64,000 nucleotides of DNA from an uncultured cyanobacterium (GCA_963710605.1 CAVQBA010000004.1:64001-128000), one strand, 5' to 3'. Positions 33,639 through 43,696 are shown, counted from the stretch's first letter. The notes: generated by a model not told the origin, from the sequence alone. Made by a program: numbers and translations.

Positions 33639-34631
33639 TTAGAAATCAAAGGCATCAAGTACAGCATTGATTGCACCAATTGCGACTTTAGCGGCGGCGA
33701 TGTAAGGTAGGATAGGACTAATACCACCTGTAACTGATGTACCTACACTTGTCATGGTGATTTGTTCGACCATTTCGCTGGCTAAGGATGCTACAGTGTT
33801 TTCGATCGCATCTTCAAAGGTTTCTTTTAATTCCTCTTTGGTAGTTTCTCCAGCGTATTCAGCGGTGTTGGTTAGTATTTCAGTAAATCTTTCTTTCAAT
33901 TCGTCGGCTAAATCTAAGTTTTCGTCGTTGAATGAAGTTAAAAATTCATCAAAATTACCAGTTAATTCTTCTAACTGCCCTGTAATTTCGGTAAGTTGCT
34001 CTCCTATTAGGTTGCCGCTAAAATCACTGAGTAATGTATCAAGGCTATCTTTGACTGTTTCACCAACATTGGTGGCGGTTTGTTCAAATAATTCTTCGGT
34101 TTCTTCTTGGGCAGAAGTTAAGTTGTCTTCCAAACCAGAGGTGTTTTCAGTGAAGGTGTTGAAAAATTCTTCGGCAGTATCACCATTTTGACTTAAGGAA
34201 TCTTCTAAGGAGGTTATTGTTTCCATCAATTCGCCAAAAGTTTGAGCTAATGCTTCGACGACACCATCTAATTCACTTTGCTGATTATCAACTTCGGTTT
34301 CGACTTCACCTTTAGTTTGCTCTACTGATTGATTTATCTCTTGTAATCTTTCTTGTAAATCATTAAGTGCTTCTTGAAAAGCTGTCATTTCACTAATCAT
34401 TGCTTCAGAATCTTGAGCAAATTCTTCTTGAGAACTTTCAAATTCTGTACTAGCATTGTCTAAAGTGTTGTTGACTTCTTCTTGACAGTTATCTAAAGAT
34501 TCGTTGGTTTCTCCTAACTGTTGAGTGAAATCTTCCATTTGATTATTGGCGATATCTAAGGCTTTGAGTAACTCTTCTAGTTTCTCTACCGACTCGTCAA
34601 TATTTTGCTCCATTGCTTGGGCTTCAGCCAT
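33639..34631 (-). CDS. Acidic helical/coiled-coil protein B with hydrophobic C-terminus
   Basis: 330 aa; ends VGTSVTGGISPILPYIAAAKVAIGAINAVLDAFDF; AAGGAG RBS upstream. Confidence 0.85.
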   Translation of the reverse strand: MAEAQAMEQNIDESVEKLEELLKALDIANNQMEDFTQQLGETNESLDNCQEEVNNTLDNASTEFESSQEEFAQDSEAMISEMTAFQEALNDLQERLQEINQSVEQTKGEVETEVDNQQSELDGVVEALAQTFGELMETITSLEDSLSQNGDTAEEFFNTFTENTSGLEDNLTSAQEETEELFEQTATNVGETVKDSLDTLLSDFSGNLIGEQLTEITGQLEELTGNFDEFLTSFNDENLDLADELKERFTEILTNTAEYAGETTKEELKETFEDAIENTVASLASEMVEQITMTSVGTSVTGGISPILPYIAAAKVAIGAINAVLDAFDF

Positions 34632-34672
34632 GATTTTTGCTCCTTAAATAAATAAAATTACTAATTAATTTG

Positions 34673-35569
34673 TTATCCTAAGACTGTTTCGATCGCATCT
34701 AAGACAGGTTTAATTTGTTCAATCAAATCAGTCACTTCATCAACTTGATCGACAATGTCACCGATACTACCGTCTAATAAGTCTCCTACTTCTTCTCCTG
34801 CATCTTTCAAAAAGCCCATGCCATCGCTTAAAGCACCTGAAGATTCACTTAATTCACCTGTCAATTCCTCGATGAATTTAGCTGTTAAAGCACTCATTAC
34901 ATCACCTGCTTGAGACTCTAGATTACTGACTAAATTTTCTGCCCCTTCTTGACTAGCTGATGCAACGTCTTCAAATTCTGTTTGTAAGGTTTCTAATTTG
35001 TCATTTAACTCTTGAGCTAAAGTGCTAAACTGTTCCATCATGTTTTCAGTTTGGCTTTGGAAACTTTCGGTTGTACTACCAACTTGTTCTTTTAACTGCT
35101 CGATATTACTGTTAGCAGTTTCTTGATATGTTGCCATTTGCTCTTGCATCTGGTCGATATTTTGCCCATAATCATCAAAAGCTGATTGACTATCTTCTGT
35201 TTGGGTTTCAATTTCTTCGACAATTGCTTCTTTGCGTTCAATAAATTCTTGTAAACGTCCTTGAAAATCTTCCATCGATTGGTTTAGTTGTTCGCCTACT
35301 TCACTAATCTGTGATTCAAATTCACCCATCACCCCACGAGTATTTTCTAACTCTGTTTCGAGGTTACTTTCTGCTTCTTCTAACTCGGTTAGCATTGCTT
35401 CCCATTTAGCTTGAGATTCTTCTCCTGCTGTTTTGAGGTTTTCGGCAATTTCGGTTGCTTTCTCGACGATTTGCTCTACTTGCTCGAAGGCTTTTTCTCC
35501 TTCTAATATTAAACTTTGAGCCCTTTCGTCTGCTTGTTCAATCAAGGCATTAATTTCATTGGTAGCCAT
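34673..35569 (-). CDS. Acidic helical/coiled-coil protein A (first gene of the putative operon)
   Basis: 298 aa; heptad-like; AAGGA RBS-like sequence upstream. Confidence 0.85.
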   Translation of the reverse strand: MATNEINALIEQADERAQSLILEGEKAFEQVEQIVEKATEIAENLKTAGEESQAKWEAMLTELEEAESNLETELENTRGVMGEFESQISEVGEQLNQSMEDFQGRLQEFIERKEAIVEEIETQTEDSQSAFDDYGQNIDQMQEQMATYQETANSNIEQLKEQVGSTTESFQSQTENMMEQFSTLAQELNDKLETLQTEFEDVASASQEGAENLVSNLESQAGDVMSALTAKFIEELTGELSESSGALSDGMGFLKDAGEEVGDLLDGSIGDIVDQVDEVTDLIEQIKPVLDAIETVLG

Positions 35570-36154
35570 AATCGGTTATTCCTTTTTTAGCATTCTGTTA
35601 GTATATAGGTCTAATATTTCGGGGTATGCAATTTTTTTAATTAAAAATTTTTTCTAAGCTAATTTAAATAGATATTTTTACTTTTGTAGCAAAAACGATC
35701 GATTGAATACCCTTGATTTAGTTAGTTGTTTCGATTCCTAAATAGTTAATACTATAATCTACGAATTTGGTGATAAAAGTATTAGTTGTCGATTGTTTTA
35801 CTGATTGTGGATATATTTTAATTCGATCGTTTGAAAATGATCCTAAATCGAAAAACATTGTAATAATTCATAATAAATAACACCCTGTCACCGAGCCACT
35901 ATCAATGATTAATTATTAATTGTCAATTATCAGTTATTAATTATTAACTATCTTTGATATTTTGGTTAATGACTGTTATCGTAACGATACAATTGAAGCT
36001 ACTGTACCTGAGATTAACAGATAAGATATCTATATCTAAGACAAAAATTATTTTCTTTACTATCTTAAATTCGCTATTTTGAATGAAGGTAATCAATTAA
36101 TAAGCAATTTTTAATTGTTTTTGCATATTGCCAAAAAGTATAACCAATAAATAA

Positions 36155-37615
36155 ATGGATATGGTAATACAAAATATCATTGACAAATTTTCAACTTATA
36201 TTCAAGTTAAACAACAAGGTAACAACTATTTTGTTCCTATTTATTTAACTGATGTTAAGTTAAAAAAAACTATATCTTCTCACTTACAATCATTTACTAA
36301 TGATAAAGAAGAAGACTGTATTCGTCATTTTTTACGATCGTTAAAAAAATCTAACTATCAAGATGTAACTACTAAACAATTGATTGTTTGTTATTTACAA
36401 AAAGCTTGTTGGTATGCCTCGCAAAAAGTAAGCCGAGAGTTGAGTCAGACTAGTAATCTAAATTTGCATTATTCTCATGAAGATTGTTTTATGATTGCTT
36501 GTGAGTTGGCATTACAACCGAGAAAATTACTTGATAATTTTAATTTTGAGACTAAAGTATCGGTACAAACTTATGTACAAACTGTATTAAGCAGAATGAT
36601 TAAAAATCAAATTGTGACACAGTTAAAAGCTAAATCTTTAAAATTTTCTGATCAAGGTTTACTAAAAAATACTAGTAAAAGTCAATTAGATGAATCACTT
36701 TCTACTTATGGTATAAATCAAACTAAAATGACTGAGTATGGTATATTTTTTCAGTCTTTTAAAGACTTATATTATACTTTATTAGATTTGAGTTTAGACT
36801 CAAGTAATAATAGTGATAAAAATTTAATTAGTACTTTAAATCAAGCACAAACTAAAGCTCTTAACGATCGTATTCAACAACAATTTAAACGTTTAGGTTT
36901 ACCTCAAAAAAATCTATCAACTGAGGAAATTCAACAAAATCTTAGTTTTTGTGTACAAGTAATTCGTAACTATCAAAATCGTACCTTTGTGGATTTAGAT
37001 AATGTTCATCAAGATTTAACTACAACTGCTAATTCTCTTGATTTATTATCCCAAAGTGAAGAATATAAACAGTTTGAACAATTACGTAATATAGTAGTCA
37101 AAGAATTTGAACCTTTAGATTTAGCTCATAAAGTTATTTTACTTTGGTTAGGATTAGAGATAAATCAAGCTGATTTTAGAGAACTTTTGCAATGTGAACA
37201 ACAATTTCAAGTTTCTCGTCAATTAACGAAATATCTTAAAAATATTCTCAAAGCAATCGTTCAAAAAGTCTTAACAAATTCTAGTCAATTAACTAACAAA
37301 GAGTTAAATAAACTTTGTCAAGAAAATACTAAAGTTATTAAAGATTATTTACAATTATATAGTCAAGATTATTTTATTAATTTGTTGATGAATATTGTTA
37401 ATAGTAATGATGATTTAATCAAAAAATTAATCTTAGAAATTAGTAATAATTATTTTATTATCATAGTTGATTTACTAAAAAATAAAATTGATGAAAAACT
37501 AGAAATAAAAATACAACAATTTGCTTGTGCTACACAAAGACTTAACTATTTTGTATTTCAAACTCTAAGTAACAACAAAGCATTATTGATTAGCCAACAA
37601 AAAATAGAGGAGTAA
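36155..37615 (+). CDS. Sigma-70-like transcription factor of the DUF1822-associated cyanobacterial type
   Basis: 486 aa; YLQKACWYAS, DCFMIA, SDQGLLK, C-terminal HTH-like LGLEINQADFRELL..QQFQVSRQL; 4 bp upstream of DUF1822 gene. Confidence 0.65.
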   Translation: MDMVIQNIIDKFSTYIQVKQQGNNYFVPIYLTDVKLKKTISSHLQSFTNDKEEDCIRHFLRSLKKSNYQDVTTKQLIVCYLQKACWYASQKVSRELSQTSNLNLHYSHEDCFMIACELALQPRKLLDNFNFETKVSVQTYVQTVLSRMIKNQIVTQLKAKSLKFSDQGLLKNTSKSQLDESLSTYGINQTKMTEYGIFFQSFKDLYYTLLDLSLDSSNNSDKNLISTLNQAQTKALNDRIQQQFKRLGLPQKNLSTEEIQQNLSFCVQVIRNYQNRTFVDLDNVHQDLTTTANSLDLLSQSEEYKQFEQLRNIVVKEFEPLDLAHKVILLWLGLEINQADFRELLQCEQQFQVSRQLTKYLKNILKAIVQKVLTNSSQLTNKELNKLCQENTKVIKDYLQLYSQDYFINLLMNIVNSNDDLIKKLILEISNNYFIIIVDLLKNKIDEKLEIKIQQFACATQRLNYFVFQTLSNNKALLISQQKIEE

Positions 37616-37619
37616 AAAA

Positions 37620-38870
37620 ATGAGTATTACGAGCAAAGATTTAGCTATTATATATCCAGAGCAACTATTAATCCCCTTTAGCCAAGACGATAAACAACAG
37701 GCATGGCAAAAGGCAACACAAAATAATCAAGACAACAAAGCAGTTATCTGGAATAGTTTTCTTAATCATCTTTGTTTGCAATATATACCTTATTTAAAAT
37801 CCGATATTACTGATAATGTAACGATACAAACTTGGCAATCAGAAGCAAAATTAAACCAAATTTGGCAATTAGTAAATGGTAATGCGATCGATATTGTATC
37901 AGAAAACTCAACCACAACTAGATTAGTTTTAATCCCCACTAATGAAGAGACAGACGAATTAAGAGTGCCTAGAGAATGGTTAGATTTACCAAATTGGGTT
38001 GGTAATTATTATATAGCGGTGCAAATCAACGAACAAGAAAATTACCTGACAATTCAAGGATATACCACCTACGAAGAGTTAACTGAATATGGAAATTACG
38101 ATGCGATTGATGAAACTTATAGTCTTCCTCTCACTAATTTAACTGAAGATTTGACATCAATGTATATCAGTTTAGAATTATACCCTTATCATCGCCCTCA
38201 ACTAAAAAACGAATATATTCTAGATAGTGATAAGCTACCAGAAATTGTTAGCCAATTGAAATCAACCACAATGACATTACCTCGTTTAGAAATTCCTTTT
38301 ACTGATTGGGGGGCAATCATTGACAATCCAGAAACTAGATATTTTTTCAGTGAAGATAAATATAACCAAAATAATAAAGAAGAGTCAATCGTTAATAATG
38401 ATAAAGTAATTAAAGACAATCAAGGTGTAAAATTATTACAATGGCTAGAAGACGCAGTAACATCAGGTTGGCAAACTTTAGATAGTTTAATTAATCAAGA
38501 GCAACTAAACTTAGCCTATAACTATCGTCGTAGTAATAGTGATAATAGCGTTGAAGCAGTAAAACTAGTTGAGATACCAACAAATACAGGTATGCAAACT
38601 CTAGCTTTAGTTATTCATTTAGAAAAAACTCCAGAAGGCAAATTTACCCTCAAAATACAACTCAATTCTACTGCCGAAAAATCGACTCTTCCCAGTCAAC
38701 TCAAACTACAAATGGTATCTTATTCACAAAAAATTATTCAAGAAGTAGAAGCTAGAGATAATGATAATTCAATTCAATTAAAACAATTTACCACCCGTAG
38801 CGGTCAAAAATTTTTGATTAACATTGTTCAAGAAAAATTTACTTGGGTAGAACAATTTTCTGTAAGTTAA
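37620..38870 (+). CDS. DUF1822 family protein
   Basis: 416 aa; WQLVNGNAI, RLVLIP, ELRVPREWLDLPNWVGNYYIAVQ, LLQWLE..GWQTLD, EARDNDNSIQLKQF. Confidence 0.88.
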   Translation: MSITSKDLAIIYPEQLLIPFSQDDKQQAWQKATQNNQDNKAVIWNSFLNHLCLQYIPYLKSDITDNVTIQTWQSEAKLNQIWQLVNGNAIDIVSENSTTTRLVLIPTNEETDELRVPREWLDLPNWVGNYYIAVQINEQENYLTIQGYTTYEELTEYGNYDAIDETYSLPLTNLTEDLTSMYISLELYPYHRPQLKNEYILDSDKLPEIVSQLKSTTMTLPRLEIPFTDWGAIIDNPETRYFFSEDKYNQNNKEESIVNNDKVIKDNQGVKLLQWLEDAVTSGWQTLDSLINQEQLNLAYNYRRSNSDNSVEAVKLVEIPTNTGMQTLALVIHLEKTPEGKFTLKIQLNSTAEKSTLPSQLKLQMVSYSQKIIQEVEARDNDNSIQLKQFTTRSGQKFLINIVQEKFTWVEQFSVS

Positions 38871-39268
38871 AATTCAATTTTTATTAGTACCAAAAACGGT
38901 ATTAATAACTAGTTTTGTTATGTATTTATCAAATTCTAAAATACAATATTTAGCGATAACTATAGTTATTTCGATTAAGATTTAGACAGTATTAATAACA
39001 CTTAAAATTATAAGCCCTCACCCCGCTTTGAAATAAATTACAAGGCTAACAGCAAGACGTTTAATAAATCAAACTCAAATTCAATATAAAAAATATCTCT
39101 CAAGTTATTTCAAGTAACTATAAATACTCTAAATATTACTATATTAACTACTAAATTAATTAATATGATTTAATATTATCAAGTAAATTTGCCACTGTAG
39201 TTATCAAGAAATCAAATAACAACTACTTAATTATCAATTGTCAATTATCAATTATCAATTACAAAACT

Positions 39269-41098
39269 ATGTCTGGCTTAGTTGAAATTAATTTAGGAAA
39301 AGGTAATTTAGAAGAAGGCTTTGATTTAGTCACGGTAAAAATAGATAAAAAGACTCAATGTACAAGTAGTCTTCCTCCTTCACCAGAGTTACAACAAATA
39401 TATTATCGTTGGTTATCCTTTTACCAATCACTATATCAGTCTCGTCGTTTTGCTATCAGACAAAGACAACCAGTAGCGGTAGTAAATAATTTTGAGGATG
39501 ATGATGATGATGACTTTGAAATTGATGAAGATGATATTACTCATGTTTGTGAAGAAGATTTTACTGACATCTGTCTTCAATTAGAAAATAGCCTTAATCA
39601 ATGGTTAGGAAATAACAGTTTTGTCAATACTGAAAATAAACTTAGACAACAATTACCACCAGAAAAAGAACTTATTTTTGTTTTAGAATCAGAAGATTAT
39701 TTAATCAAAAAAATACCTTGGCATTTGTGGCAATTTTTCGATGATTATCCCTTAACAGAAATTAGTTTAAGTAATCTTTATTTTAAGCCTAGGGCGACTA
39801 TTTTTAATAAAAGTAAGAAAGTTAGAGTTTTAGCTATTTTAGGTGATTCTACAGGAATTGATGTCCAAAGCGATCGTCAAATTTTAACTAATTTAGAAAA
39901 TACAGAAACGTTATTTTTAGTAGAACCAACTATTGATGAATTATACACTCATTTGTTAGCTGAAAACGGTTGGGATATTTTGTTTTTTTCTGGGCATAGT
40001 GAAACTAATATAGCTGAAAACTATACAGGTTATATGTATTTAAATCAACAAGAAAAACTAACTATGGAGGAGTTAAAAAATGGTATCAAAAAAGCAACTG
40101 ACAATGGTTTACAATTAGCTATTTTGAATTCTTGTGATGGTTTGGGTTTGGGTAAACAATTAGCTGATTTATCTATTCCTCAAACTATTTTAATGCGAGA
40201 ATCGATCGCTGATCAAGTAGCACAACAATTTTTACAATCTTTTTTGGACATTTTTTCCCATGGACAAAGTTTATATTTATCAGTTAAAGAAGCTAGAGAA
40301 AAACTAAAAACGATCGAAAATCAATTCCCAGCGGCGAGTTGGCTTCCTGTTATTTGGCAAAATCCTGCTGTTATACCCCCTGTGTGGCAAGATTTATGTT
40401 TTACCCCAACAACTCTCAAACGTAAAATAAATCAAATTTTATCTGCTAGTGTCGCAGTCTTTAGTTTAATCATCGGTGTCTTTAGCTTAACTAATCAAGC
40501 TGAAGCCAGAGAATTTGAGCAAAATAATTCTTTAATCGATTTAGGTAATTATTTACAACAACAAACTTTAAATTTACAGCAGTTTAATAATTATTTAAAA
40601 GCAGATTTTAACGAGGAATATCTGGATAATCAATTAATTGAATCAATTGATAGTATTAGCAGTCAATTACAAGATAATAGTTTACCTTCAATATCAGATT
40701 TGAATTTTTTAAATGATAGTTTTAATCAACAACTACAAGTAGATAATACTCTTAGTTTGACTGAAAATGTCAACGATGGGCAAGTTAATAATAAGGTAAC
40801 TAATCCGCAATCAACTCAGAATTTAGAAAACCTTAATCAGATTAATTCATCATCAGAAACTCAGCAATTGTTAAATTCAGTTGAGCAGATAAGTGATAGT
40901 TTAGAAGAATTTTCGGCGGATATAGATAACTTAAATATAACGATCGAGCAAATCAATGAGAATAACAATCTCTGGTTAGAAGATATTAACAAAATCGATC
41001 GAGATTTACAAGCATATAAAGAAGATTTGGCAGTTAAAATGAATGATAACGAAAAAATGCTCACTGAATATTCTGAGCTATTAAAAAGAATACTATAA
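39269..41098 (+). CDS. Membrane-anchored CHAT (caspase-like) protease with C-terminal helical domain
   Basis: 609 aa; LPPSPEL, IPWHLW, FFSGHS (His), ILNSCDGLG (Cys), SWLPVIWQNP; hydrophobic segment ILSASVAVFSLIIGVFSL. Confidence 0.88.
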   Translation: MSGLVEINLGKGNLEEGFDLVTVKIDKKTQCTSSLPPSPELQQIYYRWLSFYQSLYQSRRFAIRQRQPVAVVNNFEDDDDDDFEIDEDDITHVCEEDFTDICLQLENSLNQWLGNNSFVNTENKLRQQLPPEKELIFVLESEDYLIKKIPWHLWQFFDDYPLTEISLSNLYFKPRATIFNKSKKVRVLAILGDSTGIDVQSDRQILTNLENTETLFLVEPTIDELYTHLLAENGWDILFFSGHSETNIAENYTGYMYLNQQEKLTMEELKNGIKKATDNGLQLAILNSCDGLGLGKQLADLSIPQTILMRESIADQVAQQFLQSFLDIFSHGQSLYLSVKEAREKLKTIENQFPAASWLPVIWQNPAVIPPVWQDLCFTPTTLKRKINQILSASVAVFSLIIGVFSLTNQAEAREFEQNNSLIDLGNYLQQQTLNLQQFNNYLKADFNEEYLDNQLIESIDSISSQLQDNSLPSISDLNFLNDSFNQQLQVDNTLSLTENVNDGQVNNKVTNPQSTQNLENLNQINSSSETQQLLNSVEQISDSLEEFSADIDNLNITIEQINENNNLWLEDINKIDRDLQAYKEDLAVKMNDNEKMLTEYSELLKRIL

Positions 41099-41478
41099 AC
41101 TAATAAATTTAGTTTAGTAAATTTTTGTCAAAGAAAATTACCTGTGATATTTTATACTCTGTGAAGACTACAAGTCATTTAAAGCTTTATTACCCGATTA
41201 AAAAAAATAGCGATTAGTCACACTAATCAACTATCTCATTATAATTAAATTGAAGTAAGATCATAAATTATCATATGTATATTCAGAGAAAAAAATTGTT
41301 AATCGCTTTATCTGTCAATGTATTAATTCTAAAAAGTTATTTAGATTGTGAGTTAAAATCGTTATATAGCTTTATGTACAAAGACTCTACCTATTTAACT
41401 TATCTGCTCAACAAGTAGAAATACTAAAAATAATAGCATCGTTAAAACCAGAGAAACACTTAAACAATCGAATAACTG

Positions 41479-42429
41479 TCAATTATCAACTGTCAATTTA
41501 TCCTCTTCTTCTTTTTCCCAATCAATTGCCCCATTTTCATTGCTAAATTCAATCGATGAAACATTTTCATCTTCATCACTTAACCATTCACTCCAATCAT
41601 CACCTATTTCTTCATCATCAGTAACTTCTTCAACCACAATCTCTTCGCTAACTGCCTCTTCTTCTGCGGATAAATCTCCCATAAATTCATCCCAGCTTTC
41701 TTCTGTTTGTTGTTGTTGCTCATCAGAAATAACTACACTTTCTTCATCAATCGTATCTAAAATTATTTCATTCTCATTTTCATCAATCGTATCCAATATT
41801 ATTTCATTCTCATCTTCATCATTAATAGTATCTAATATTATCATCTCATTCTCATCTTCATCAAGAGCATCCAAGATTATTTCGTTTTCTTCTTCTACTA
41901 TTATCTCATCTAATAACATTTCGTTATCACTATCAATTGGCGAATTTATTTGCTCTTTATTTTCATCTAACCAATTTTCATCATCATTATCTTCTGCTAA
42001 ATCAAAATCGATAATCTCACTGTCTTGAGTTTCACTTTTTTCTATTAGATTAGACTTATTAAATTCAAAAGAAACAGATTTAGTTAAAGGAATATCTTTT
42101 AAATTATTTCCGGCTAATATTTCTAAAATTTTGACTAAAACTTCTCTATTTTTCTGCCATACTTGATAAACATTTCCTAATTGTTGAGTATGAAATTTAG
42201 TTAAATCATTTTTGCTACTAAGAATTTCTGAGTTACTAGCAGTGGTGGTTAATCCTTTTAATAAGTTTATTTGTGTTTCAATAAATTCAACCGATTCTTG
42301 TGTATCTTTATCTGTATCTGTTTTGATACTAGTTAATTTAAACTTTAAACTATTACTAAATGCCACTAAAAGAGCCGCTGAAAAATCTTTTTTAGCTAAT
42401 AATTGTTTAATTTCTTCTTGACTATTCAT
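41479..42429 (-). CDS. Hypothetical protein with very acidic repetitive C-terminus
   Basis: 316 aa; N-terminus resembles 42495 protein; ENEIILDTIDE-type repeats. Confidence 0.8.
   Translation of the reverse strand: MNSQEEIKQLLAKKDFSAALLVAFSNSLKFKLTSIKTDTDKDTQESVEFIETQINLLKGLTTTASNSEILSSKNDLTKFHTQQLGNVYQVWQKNREVLVKILEILAGNNLKDIPLTKSVSFEFNKSNLIEKSETQDSEIIDFDLAEDNDDENWLDENKEQINSPIDSDNEMLLDEIIVEEENEIILDALDEDENEMIILDTINDEDENEIILDTIDENENEIILDTIDEESVVISDEQQQQTEESWDEFMGDLSAEEEAVSEEIVVEEVTDDEEIGDDWSEWLSDEDENVSSIEFSNENGAIDWEKEEEDKLTVDN
41741..41930 (-). repeat. Imperfect 33-39 bp tandem repeat encoding (D/E)ENE(M)IILD(T/A)(I/L)DE
   Basis: About five degenerate units visible in DNA and protein. Confidence 0.8.
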
Positions 42430-42494
42430 TAGTATATTTACCTGTCTATTTTAGCTTTACTTTTTAGTTAAAAAATTAATTTAATCACAATTTT

Positions 42495-42809
42495 TTATTT
42501 TTGAGATAACTGATCTAAATTGTCTTGTAAAATAGCAAACATTTTTTGTAAGCTTTGAACATTTTGTAAAATTTTGTTATGAGCATTTTCTACCTCAGAA
42601 AAATGGAAATTTTCTAAAGTGCTATCTCCTAATTCATGCTCAATTTCATTTTCTAACAAATCAATAGAAGTACGACAAGAGGAAGAATTATTAACTGAGT
42701 TTGTAGCGGTAATGATTTCTAATTTCATTGCTTCTACCATCGCCATCGCCATCGCTTCGTCTAATTTTCCTTCTTTGATTTTAACTTTGACTTGTTCTAT
42801 ATTACTCAT
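42495..42809 (-). CDS. Hypothetical protein
   Basis: 104 aa; RTSIDLLENEIEHELG..FHFSEV; co-oriented with maf. Confidence 0.75.
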   Translation of the reverse strand: MSNIEQVKVKIKEGKLDEAMAMAMVEAMKLEIITATNSVNNSSSCRTSIDLLENEIEHELGDSTLENFHFSEVENAHNKILQNVQSLQKMFAILQDNLDQLSQK

Positions 42810-42876
42810 TTAGACAATTTAATTTTGATTTTATTTTTATTTCTCATTAGCTTAACGTATAAATGCACTTTTTGAA

Positions 42877-43458
42877 TTACCAAAAATCACTGATTTGATA
42901 ATTTAATTGATTTAGCATTTCTCTGAATAAAGGTAAACTCAAACCGATGACATTACTATGACAACCAACTATTTTTTCGATTAACACTCCTCCTTTTCCT
43001 TCTAAGGCAAAACTTCCTGCACATTTAAGAGGTTCTTGTGTAGCGACATATGCTTCAATTACTTGATCATTTACATCAGCAAAATAAACTTCTGTAATAC
43101 CACACTGGATAGTTTGAGTTTGATCTTGAGTATCAATTAAAGCATGACCTGTGTATAGTTTACCTATTTTACCTCTCATTTGACGCCATCGATCAATCGC
43201 AACAGTCGGGTTATCAGGTTTACCATGTATTTCTCCTTCTATCACCAAGACAGAATCACAACCTAAAACTAAAGCATCCGTGAAATTAACGGCAACTGTT
43301 TCGGCTTTTTTAATGGCTAAGGTATTGACTAATTCTTCAGGATCAGTTAATTTTATTTGTGACTCATCAAAATCACTACTTTGCACGATCGGTTCGATAC
43401 CCGCCATACGTAATAATTTTAATCGAGCAGGAGAGGCAGATGCAAGAACAACAAACAT
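42877..43458 (-). CDS. maf: Maf-family nucleoside triphosphate pyrophosphatase
   Basis: [33 protein letters not shown]. Confidence 0.95.
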   Translation of the reverse strand: MFVVLASASPARLKLLRMAGIEPIVQSSDFDESQIKLTDPEELVNTLAIKKAETVAVNFTDALVLGCDSVLVIEGEIHGKPDNPTVAIDRWRQMRGKIGKLYTGHALIDTQDQTQTIQCGITEVYFADVNDQVIEAYVATQEPLKCAGSFALEGKGGVLIEKIVGCHSNVIGLSLPLFREMLNQLNYQISDFW

Positions 43459-43696
43459 ATTTAATAATAGTAGAAATTTAATCTATAATTGATGATAAAT
43501 AATTTAATCATTAATTATCAGCGGATATAAACTTTGGTAGTTAATTACACTCAGTTTTTTAATCGTAATTTATAGTAGTATAATCATCACAATGTTTAAA
43601 CCTCAACTATATAGTATGCAAGTTGATAGTTAATTACTTGATACTCTATCGAAGAGGTTAATAAAAGTTTTTTTAATTAATTATATTTTGATAAAA

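Noticed and set aside
26769-35569. Calling the helical proteins chemoreceptors, SMC, gas-vesicle or tape-measure proteins
   Set aside because: No MCP hairpin signature, Walker motifs, Gvp motifs or phage genes; any resemblance would be generic coiled-coil composition
27223-42813. Ser-rich antisense ORFs (27223, 29690, 32030, 33754, 38198, 40861, 41540, 42212, 42619)
   Set aside because: Shadows of Glu-rich genes on the opposite strand
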